The notes beneath the pieces were generated by a model. The model searched no databases. It worked only from the letters and a program-made list of their open reading frames with translations, and was not told the DNA's origin. Source: a virus (taxonomy: Duplodnaviria; Caudoviricetes). Taken from it: 64,000 nucleotides of DNA. Within the stretch, counting starts at the first letter, position 1; every line of letters starts with the position of its first letter. Below, piece after piece: positions 53,215 through 60,861 of this stretch. The translations under genes were made by a program, and so were the position numbers. The DNA lies in IMG/VR virus record IMGVR_UViG_3300013121_000023, positions 1 to 64,000 of that record; one strand, 5' to 3'.

Positions 53215-53652
53215 TCATCCGTACGTTTTTAGTATCGCTTTCTTAATTTTCTCAAAAGCTCTGGCAAACCATTGATCGTCCATAGCCCGGTTTACGATCG
53301 ATATGTCTGGGTAGGGAGTTACGTACATCTCAGATGCCCTGTCCTTTCGTTGCCCTATGAACAAGATGTAGGGTGCTGTGTACAAAAACGACTCACCTGA
53401 TGGCTTATCGGGCGACGGCATACCCCTTACGTAAGTGGTACGTACGTCTTCGGAACGAAGATCGTACAGTTCGACCAACTTATCGAAGGAATGCCTTTTC
53501 AGCAGGCCTTTGTAACTTCTGTGCTTTTGAAAGCCCTCGGGTGCTTGTTCGTCCCCAGCTATTTTTTTTAGATAGGAGGACAAGCTTTTTGGAAGGCCTA
53601 TGATTCTACCGCCTCTTGGTACATCTTCGGTCAAAAGAACCCCAAATTTCAT
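53215..53652 (-). CDS. hypothetical protein
   Basis: GAGGTG RBS. Confidence 0.65.
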   Translation of the reverse strand: MKFGVLLTEDVPRGGRIIGLPKSLSSYLKKIAGDEQAPEGFQKHRSYKGLLKRHSFDKLVELYDLRSEDVRTTYVRGMPSPDKPSGESFLYTAPYILFIGQRKDRASEMYVTPYPDISIVNRAMDDQWFARAFEKIKKAILKTYG

Positions 53653-53699
53653 GGGTACACCTCTCTATATATCTAATGACATATTGTTCTGTTTTTGAG

Positions 53700-53737
53700 T
53701 AGCTAAAAATGAAAGAAGCCCCGGATGACGGGGCTTC
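53700..53737 (-). terminator. hairpin terminator with TTTAGCTA tail
   Basis: GAAGCCCCG..CGGGGCTTC inside the standard-code ORF 53665-54138. Confidence 0.75.
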
Positions 53738-53742
53738 AAAAA

Positions 53743-54138
53743 TAAAATGTATTTCTCTGCTTTCTTTGTGAATTTTTCCCAGAACTCGTCAATGTAGTTT
53801 TGTGTGCCCTCTATATCGTACCACATGGAGTAATCATATTCATCCGAATTAATGCCTGCCAGATTGACGAATGCAATGATGTCTGCGAGAATGCTCAACT
53901 CTAGATTGAACTGTTTACCAATGTTGAGTTCCAACAGGTCATTGCACAATGTCAACTCACGCTCATCCTCAATGTAGTGCAGCAGTGCCTCCTTGTAGTT
54001 CCCCGCGCAGGCGGACAACATTATCACATCTCCGAAATCTTCAATGTTCACATCGCTCTCAAAGCCCTCTTTGGGCAGAGTTGCCCAGACTCTCTTGGCC
54101 ACACTGTGCAGTACCCCGTTAACTTCTTCTGCTTTCAT
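53743..54138 (-). CDS. acidic hypothetical protein (TTA-terminated; standard ORF to 53665)
   Basis: Own promoter motif and AAGGAG RBS; TTA 5 nt before the terminator stem. Confidence 0.65.
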
Positions 54139-54230
54139 GGAAGAAAACTCCTTTCATATTTCTTATGTCGTTAAATATTGAGTATTTGCTGGTAGCTAAA
54201 ATAGAGGCGGCTGCGCCTCTAAAGACTAGA

Positions 54231-54581
54231 TTAGAGATTAAAGATTAGACAGTAAATTGCAAACACTGGTGTGCCTTTAATGAAATGCCTAGTCCGCCCC
54301 CGCCTCCCCCGCCTCAAATTTTCCTGAAACTCATTGTTTTTCTTTGAAGAAAAGTGTCTGTATACCGATTGTTCCTGCCCATCTTCATCATATGAGGTTA
54401 CTGTGAGTCGTCTCCCCCATAGAGAGGGACCGTATGATACGACAGTGCCGTCATTGAAAATGATTTCTGTCGATTGTGAGTGCCACAACTGTTTAATGAC
54501 GTAGCACCTAGCATCAATGCACAATTTCTGTTTAATGCCTTCCACCATCTCAAACACCTTACCATTTTCGGTATAATTCAT
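54231..54581 (-). CDS. hypothetical protein
   Basis: GGCATAAGA motif, AAGGAG RBS, terminator near 54193-54221. Confidence 0.6.
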   Translation of the reverse strand: MNYTENGKVFEMVEGIKQKLCIDARCYVIKQLWHSQSTEIIFNDGTVVSYGPSLWGRRLTVTSYDEDGQEQSVYRHFSSKKNNEFQENLRRGRRGRTRHFIKGTPVFAIYCLIFNL

Positions 54582-54678
54582 AACGAACTCTCCTTTCATA
54601 TATCTTATGCCACTTTTTTATTGTATTTGTTTATTTCCGGTAGCTAAAAAGAAAGATTGGTTTGTTCTATGCGGTGAC

Positions 54679-54965
54679 AAAAAAAAACGCTTGCATGACT
54701 GGTAGTGGTTCGCGCGCACCACCACCAGCCTCTCAATCACACTGTACTAGCTGTGACTGATTCGAACGGCCGCAAGCATTTGCCGTCCTACACCTGCTAC
54801 TAACGAACGGACCTACAGGTATTGGTCCGTTCCCGACTTAGCTCGTCAGTCTCGTCGGGTAGACTGACTGTCCTGATGACTTTTACAGTCATCTGCAATC
54901 TCGGTCAGATAAAATTGACCTTTTCAGGCTCGGACATGCCCTAGGATGGAACTTCCTTCCACCAT
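54679..54965 (-). ncRNA. candidate multi-pseudoknot ncRNA 1
   Basis: No long ORF; about 7 stems with three loop-to-downstream pairings; G.U pairs favour minus strand; promoter motif upstream and T9 run downstream. Confidence 0.65.
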
Positions 54966-55008
54966 TATTCTTATAGCACCAATTACTGTATTTTTTCCTT
55001 ACCTCAAG

Positions 55009-55044
55009 TAGCTAAAAAGAAAGCACCGTATGTGGTGCTTTCTT
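55009..55044 (-). terminator. hairpin terminator with TTTAGCTA tail
   Basis: AAGAAAGCACC..GGTGCTTTCTT-TTTAGCTA. Confidence 0.75.
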
Positions 55045-55350
55045 ATTGCCTCAGCATGTCTGCGCACGTACGCATAAACGCTGTCTGTGAGAGGGCAACG
55101 CTCTCATTCATTGCAGCCCATTCTGCAATACTCGCCTCACCCAAGACTTATACGTGCGTCTTGGTTAATTCGTCGCTACCGGCGCTCAGCGACGCGATGT
55201 GGCGGTCAAACACCACCATCCGTGGCATCGAGCCACGGTTTTCCCTTTACAAGGTTGGCTGGTACAACCTTGTACACGTGACCCCTTGCCTGGTTTTGCC
55301 CAGGCTTTGGGAATTAGACGTTTCGGCCGGTCGGGCATTCCGGCCTAGGT
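55045..55350 (-). ncRNA. candidate multi-hairpin kissing-loop ncRNA 2
   Basis: About 10 consecutive hairpins; complementary loops CACGTA/TACGTG; GC-rich island in an AT-rich region. Confidence 0.6.
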
Positions 55351-55848
55351 ATGTTTTCTTTTCATACCTTTTTTCTTATTACGTTTTATGTTCATGAATT
55401 TCTTTCTTGATTTATTCTTTCTTTTTGCCGTTACTGCTTTGGCCAACCATGGTGGCAAAAGTGTGTCGTCTGATTTGGCCATTCTTGCAAGCCACTGTGG
55501 ACTGTCTTTTATCATTGTAAGTACTGAACTTACTTTTTGTATAATTGTAGATGAGAAAAGCACCACCTTTGTTATTGGGTGGTCCAAAAACAACTTCAAT
55601 GCCATCTTTTTCATAGGTCGAGTGACCCTTACTATGTCATATATGTGAGGATGGTATCTGTTGTTTTTAAAATGCGCCCGCGTTATTACGTGACACGATT
55701 TGCCATACGCTATCTCCAATATTATTGAGCTTATTGCTATTCCCGGGTTGCATTCGTTACATGCGTAAGTGTAGTCTATAAATTCTTTCATGTATTTTTC
55801 ATATGCGTGCATCTCGTATCGTTTGTTACATTCCTTCATATGCCACAC
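55345..55848 (-). CDS. NPxLP-family protein (divergent)
   Basis: DHPITKVV; Lys-rich tail. Confidence 0.55.
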   Translation of the reverse strand: MWHMKECNKRYEMHAYEKYMKEFIDYTYACNECNPGIAISSIILEIAYGKSCHVITRAHFKNNRYHPHIYDIVRVTRPMKKMALKLFLDHPITKVVLFSSTIIQKVSSVLTMIKDSPQWLARMAKSDDTLLPPWLAKAVTAKRKNKSRKKFMNIKRNKKKGMKRKHT

Positions 55849-56359
55849 TCCTCAAATATCTGCACATCGTGCTTGTGAACGACTCGCTGACATTAAACTT
55901 TGTGAATGTGGATTCTATTAGGTCTACTTCTTTTTTGGCTACTGTTACACCAGCCATTACTGTTCTTGGAGTTGCGTATTTATCTGCTAGAAATAGGTAT
56001 ACACAGGCCGATATGACTCTACTAAGATGGCCGTCCTGCATCAATACTGTCAATGCTGGGTTTGCCTTCACTGCTCTTGCAATGCGCCTCTGCCTTATCT
56101 TAATGATTTCCTTTTTGTACTCTACGTCGTCTATCGCCCCAGTTGTAAAGCATTTACTATCCATCAGATATTCTATTTGATGGACATGTTCAGGCGATTC
56201 CGCTATGAGAATAAGGGCCAGTAGATAGTCAGAAATGTATTCCATTTCTTCTATATTCACTACTACGTATTCTTGGCTCAATTCAAGTGGCGTATCAGTT
56301 ACATTGTTTGCCCATTTTATTGAATATTTACCCTTTTCATATTTTGATTTTTTCGCCAT
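55826..56359 (-). CDS. NPxLP-family protein
   Basis: ANPALTVLM. Confidence 0.6.
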   Translation of the reverse strand: MAKKSKYEKGKYSIKWANNVTDTPLELSQEYVVVNIEEMEYISDYLLALILIAESPEHVHQIEYLMDSKCFTTGAIDDVEYKKEIIKIRQRRIARAVKANPALTVLMQDGHLSRVISACVYLFLADKYATPRTVMAGVTVAKKEVDLIESTFTKFNVSESFTSTMCRYLRSVAYEGM

Positions 56360-56865
56360 ATATCTCCATCTCCCTACTATCCAATGCAAAACACAAACCC
56401 TGCATCTTTTTCACGTCTTTGTATGCGTATTTCTTTATTTGCCTATATATGTACTTTGGAAACCTACCTGCTACTACCAAGTAAGCTGCATCCATAGCAT
56501 TAAATTCGTAAGTGCTGCCTATTTGAGGCTGCTCGAAGTCCTGGTTCTGATAGTAGTGCAGCGGTCTCGTCCTGTCACAAAAATGAAGTGCAAAGACGGT
56601 TATCAGGTGGGAACTACCTGTTTCCCACAATACTGGAATACATGGGTTTGTTCCCATGTTCTTGAATATCTCTGCGTAGTACCCAGATTCTGATGTTGAT
56701 GCATCTGGGATTCTATATTTTGTCAGTAGTGTGGCCGCTTTGTACAGTTCCTCTCGCGTACTCCATTTGTGCATAAGTGCGTATAGAAACTGTATCTGAG
56801 CCCCCTCTACTTCTATACCGGCACACGCCTCTTCAAACGAGTATGTCAACGAGTATGTCATCATA
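56337..56865 (-). CDS. NPxLP-family protein
   Basis: TNPCIPVLW; ATG directly after GGCATAAGA. Confidence 0.6.
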
Positions 56866-56934
56866 TATCTTATGCCTACTTTTAATTCCGAGTAGCTAAA
56901 GAAAGGAGACCCGCGGGGGTCTCCTTTCAAGCGC

Positions 56935-57177
56935 TAACTTTCCGGTGCCGGTGCCGGTGGCGGCGTTGGGGGCGGCGTTGTGGGCGGCGTGGTGGAGCAC
57001 CACCACATCCGGGGCGATGCCAAGTCTCCTAGCCACCGCTATCACCGCCAGGGCACCCGCTGCCGCGAGAGCACCCTTCGCCAGGGATGCCGCCCCGGCC
57101 GCCGCCCCGGCCTTTGCCAGGGCGCCGTAGTCGATACCACCGTTGTTGTTGTTGGCGTTGCCGTTGTTTTCGGACAT
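56935..57177 (-). CDS. small Ala-rich membrane protein (TTA-terminated; standard ORF to 56896)
   Basis: GC-rich codons; terminator GAAAGGAGACCC..GGGTCTCCTTTC-TTTAGCTA follows the TTA. Confidence 0.65.
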
Positions 57178-57258
57178 GATATGATACCTTCCTTTCATTA
57201 TTCTTATGACAGGAACATACATATTTTTTCCATATGTATGCCTGTCAAAATAATTAAC

Positions 57259-57663
57259 TTAGTCAACAGTATAGTTAGTCAACAGTATAGTGCGTTTATA
57301 TGCAATGTGTGCCTCGATTGCCAGTTCCTCGTCATCGAGGCCATTGATCATTGCCATAAACTGGTAATGCGACTTTGCTACGAAGTACAATGTGAAATAA
57401 CTGTCACTAACAGGGGCCATTGTTATCGCCCCCCTAATAGATTTGCCGACTAGATTGCGTACATGCTTATCCAATGACTGTACGTTGTTCAATGTCTCAA
57501 TGAAGTCCTTGTCCAGTACACATTTCACTGGAATGATGACTGCTGCGCCCTCGTCCAGCAGCCTGTGTTCATTGAGGAACCTCCTCGCCATTGCGGTCTC
57601 ATTCGCATTTACCGCAATGGTATTTTTTACGACGGTTACCGCCAGTGATAGCCACTCTAGCAT
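57259..57663 (-). CDS. hypothetical protein
   Basis: AAGGAGGT RBS plus promoter motif. Confidence 0.7.
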   Translation of the reverse strand: MLEWLSLAVTVVKNTIAVNANETAMARRFLNEHRLLDEGAAVIIPVKCVLDKDFIETLNNVQSLDKHVRNLVGKSIRGAITMAPVSDSYFTLYFVAKSHYQFMAMINGLDDEELAIEAHIAYKRTILLTNYTVD

Positions 57664-57731
57664 GGGAACCTCCTTTCTTTTCGATGATTCCCATATTCTT
57701 ATGCCAGAAAAAGGCTTATTTTTGCCTGTAT

Positions 57732-58214
57732 TTACACTACTACAGTTACCCCTTCTGATAGGCTATTAGCCGCCTCTATCCCCATGTCATAGGCTGTCTT
57801 ACTACGTTTGTTATCACCTTTTGTTACAAACTCCGCACCTTTGTCCAATGACTGTACATCTTCTACGGAAGCGACGAAGAACAGAGTTCTTCGCACATCA
57901 AAGATAATTGTACTTATAGACGTATTTCCCCTGTCTATGTACATATATAGTACATTGCCCCATATGGAGCTGTTTGACTCCTCTGACAATATGGCTTGTA
58001 CCGAACCGTCCAATAGTTCAGCAATGGCCATCATTATGATGGACCATGTTTTAGGTTCTGCCGAACAGTTGTTTATCCTCTCGTATGTTTTTGGGAATAC
58101 ACTGGGCTCCTCGCTCGGGTCTATTGTTTCCTTTATCAACTCTCTGACCAAAATTGTCTGCGCAGGTGTAATGTTAAGCTTGAACAACCAGAATTTCTTG
58201 TCGTCGATATTCAT
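57732..58214 (-). CDS. hypothetical protein
   Basis: AAGGAG RBS. Confidence 0.65.
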   Translation of the reverse strand: MNIDDKKFWLFKLNITPAQTILVRELIKETIDPSEEPSVFPKTYERINNCSAEPKTWSIIMMAIAELLDGSVQAILSEESNSSIWGNVLYMYIDRGNTSISTIIFDVRRTLFFVASVEDVQSLDKGAEFVTKGDNKRSKTAYDMGIEAANSLSEGVTVVV

Positions 58215-58216
58215 GA

Positions 58217-58657
58217 TCAGCTCCTTTTGAATCGCAGCAATTCTTCGGCCAGCATCAACAATACGTTTTCTTCTTTTGTGTTCAGTGCCATCCTTCTTAT
58301 TACTTCTTTTATGGCAGTTACGTCTCTCTCTAGATTTTCTGTTTTTACTTTATCTAGGTATCTAGCTATCTCATTATATGTGTACACACCCTTTAGGCAC
58401 GCTATCATTAGTATGATACTTATTTGTCTTGGAGATGACATATTGAGTATGCTGAAACATGGGTTTCCTATCAGGTTTTTAAGTATGACTGTTCTATTAA
58501 GTGTTATAGTGTCCGGGCTAGCATAATCTAGCATCATGCAAATATTATCTAGGTCTTCTACGCATTCCGCATTACTTACTTTCATTTTTATTTCATTGGA
58601 CAGATTTTCTTGTGTTAGGCGTGAATAGCTATTAGTAGTCATAGGAAGTTTCATCAT
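58217..58657 (-). CDS. NPxLP-family protein
   Basis: AECVEDL..GNPCFSIL. Confidence 0.6.
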   Translation of the reverse strand: MMKLPMTTNSYSRLTQENLSNEIKMKVSNAECVEDLDNICMMLDYASPDTITLNRTVILKNLIGNPCFSILNMSSPRQISIILMIACLKGVYTYNEIARYLDKVKTENLERDVTAIKEVIRRMALNTKEENVLLMLAEELLRFKRS

Positions 58658-59114
58658 TATCGTCATTATTTGTCGTATGACTCTCAAGTTGAGCCACACA
58701 TAGCAAGAACTTGTTTGTTATTTTACCTAGCTGTGCTTCTTTTATTATTCTTATAGCCATCTGTAGCCTACCTATTGATAGTGTTTTCCCTTCGTAGCTA
58801 TCGTATACGTCTCTAACCGAGAGATGTGGATACGCTGTAACTATTAGTAGTAGACTTTTTATGTGCCCTTCGTTAGTGAAAAGTAGCATGTCTATACAAG
58901 GGTTTTTTGCCAAGGCTTTCAGATAGTATCTCGCGTTGTCGCGTATAGATTCAGACGGCTGGTAGTCAAATACCCTCAGTATCATATCCATATCTCTAGT
59001 ACATTCCATATTTTCTATTGCATAAACTATATTTTCTACATTACTATGGGTTTGGTCATCAAAAATTTTCAAGGCCTCTTCGCGCGTTATATCGTAGTTT
59101 TTTGGTGCGCACAT
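58632..59114 (-). CDS. NPxLP-family protein
   Basis: KALAKNPCI. Confidence 0.6.
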   Translation of the reverse strand: MCAPKNYDITREEALKIFDDQTHSNVENIVYAIENMECTRDMDMILRVFDYQPSESIRDNARYYLKALAKNPCIDMLLFTNEGHIKSLLLIVTAYPHLSVRDVYDSYEGKTLSIGRLQMAIRIIKEAQLGKITNKFLLCVAQLESHTTNNDDNDETSYDY

Positions 59115-59116
59115 TT

Positions 59117-59539
59117 TTACACCTTTCTTATCAATGGGTCTGACAGCAGCTCGTATACGCAATCGGTAAGCATCCTAATAGCTACTCCGTCTTCGTTTTT
59201 AAGCTCCCATTCTACCATTTCCACAGCTTCGTGTACGCTAACAGATCTAACACGTCCGTTTGTATATTCGTAGTGTTGCCCCGTTAGACTTATAGTAGGG
59301 TTGGCTAGCAACATAACTATTGTCTGAATATGTTTGAGGTAGTTCAGTATGAGCACGGGCAAACACGGATTTCTTACAAGTGCTACCAGAATACTGTGTT
59401 TATTATCGGTTATGACCGATGATGGTAGGTAATCTATGCGGTCTATGATTTGTTCCAGACCTTCTCTGTCTTCGACGTTGCTTACAGAGTAAATGATATC
59501 TATGTTTGGATTAAGTCTATGATTAGGAACTATAATCAT
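59117..59539 (-). CDS. NPxLP-family protein
   Basis: ALVRNPCLPVL. Confidence 0.65.
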   Translation of the reverse strand: MIIVPNHRLNPNIDIIYSVSNVEDREGLEQIIDRIDYLPSSVITDNKHSILVALVRNPCLPVLILNYLKHIQTIVMLLANPTISLTGQHYEYTNGRVRSVSVHEAVEMVEWELKNEDGVAIRMLTDCVYELLSDPLIRKV

Positions 59540-59939
59540 TCAGTACTTCTCGCAATAGATTTGCTACTGTATTCATTAGGTACTTATCCATTTTTATGTT
59601 CGTAGCAATCATATCGAACGTAGTGATTGTTTTAATCACTTCACTTCTAGCAACTCCGAGTTTATTGTTAATAGTGTCTTCAATGTCTGCTGATGTGTTA
59701 TCGACGAAATTTAGAATTATCAACAGTATTGTTTGTATAACTTTTCTATCATTTAGAATGAATATGTGTATGCACGGGTTACTTGCTAGCGCTTTTATAT
59801 ATAGCGTTCTGTAGTTTTCTATTTTCCACCCCTCCATCCCGTCCAACTCCCAGATGATATTAGCCAGATCTTCCCTGCTACTGGCTTCTGATATGAGTTT
59901 TAGCATGTACTCTGCGTTATCAACTTTGTTATCTACCAT
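59523..59939 (-). CDS. NPxLP-family protein
   Basis: ASSREDL..KALASNPCI; AAGGAGG RBS. Confidence 0.65.
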   Translation of the reverse strand: MVDNKVDNAEYMLKLISEASSREDLANIIWELDGMEGWKIENYRTLYIKALASNPCIHIFILNDRKVIQTILLIILNFVDNTSADIEDTINNKLGVARSEVIKTITTFDMIATNIKMDKYLMNTVANLLREVLNDYSS

Positions 59940-59981
59940 TTAGCCCTCCTTGCGTATCACATACCATCAAGTACGCAGAAG

Positions 59982-60788
59982 TTAGGATTGTGGATCATAA
60001 AACAACTCCCTTATGCACGCTTCCATCAGGGCTTCTTCTTTTGTTTCTAGTGTGCTACTTTCAAAATGATATCTGAGATTATTGATAGCTTCGTCTATCT
60101 CCGACTCAGAAAAGTCTTTATGATCACATCTACTAAACATTGAATTGCTGTAGAATGTGAGCAGTATCATCATCAGTAGCTCTTGAACGTAAGTTGTATT
60201 TGTAGTAATTAGCTTAGGCAAACATGGATTAGATGACAGTGCCCTTATGTAGTGACCCCTATTAAGTACAGTAAGTTCAATATCCATGCGATTCATACTG
60301 TATAGTATTTCTCGTATTCCGTCTATTCTATTTACACTTCGTAGCATTTCTACTACATCTTGTGCATGTACTTCTGTAATTGAATCGTTTGAGTTGTCGG
60401 TGTGGTTCACATAGTTTTCTATTTCACTAAGGCATTCTATGACCGCATTTGATACAGCACAATCAACACTTACTTTTCTACTAATGGCCCTAAGTAGGCT
60501 AATTGCCTGTTTTACCTTCAGCTTATTAAGCTCACGACGTTCTATCATGGCATGGATATCTACTGAGTGTGTGTCTTGGTATCTTGTTATTATCAGCAGT
60601 ATTTTCTGTATGTATAGTCTATTGAGTACCATAAATACGGGTGTACATGGATTTTTAAGAAGCGCCTGTACATACTTAAATCTGTTCCTTAGTATTATTA
60701 CTTCATTAGTAACATTCAGTATTCCCAGCACGTTCTTTAGTTCATCCTCGCAGCTAGCTTCGAGTAGCGCTGTTTCTACCTTGTCCAT
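59982..60788 (-). CDS. NPxLP-family protein with two tandem domains
   Basis: ALLKNPCTP and ALSSNPCLP; AGGAG RBS. Confidence 0.7.
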   Translation of the reverse strand: MDKVETALLEASCEDELKNVLGILNVTNEVIILRNRFKYVQALLKNPCTPVFMVLNRLYIQKILLIITRYQDTHSVDIHAMIERRELNKLKVKQAISLLRAISRKVSVDCAVSNAVIECLSEIENYVNHTDNSNDSITEVHAQDVVEMLRSVNRIDGIREILYSMNRMDIELTVLNRGHYIRALSSNPCLPKLITTNTTYVQELLMMILLTFYSNSMFSRCDHKDFSESEIDEAINNLRYHFESSTLETKEEALMEACIRELFYDPQS

Positions 60789-60861
60789 AAATACACTCCT
60801 GCGAACATATCACTTGTTAAAGGCTCATAGCTCTTATGTCAAAAAGTGGTAGTATTTGGGC

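Noticed and set aside
54820-54850. Hammerhead ribozyme (CUGACGA on minus strand)
   Set aside because: No correctly placed GAAA or stem II, and the CUGAC is used in another stem.
54679-54965. Canonical tmRNA or tRNA (TTCGAAT, pseudoknots, GCA GAT GAC frame)
   Set aside because: No acceptor stem or CCA end, and the putative tag lacks an Ala-Ala-type ending.
55032-55397. 121-aa + strand ORF
   Set aside because: Starts inside a terminator hairpin, lacks an RBS and opposes local gene orientation; a structured RNA explains the region better.
56883-56885. In-frame TTA in tracked ORF 56337-56930
   Set aside because: It is upstream of the promoter motif and ATG 56865; the ORF caller extended through a terminator.
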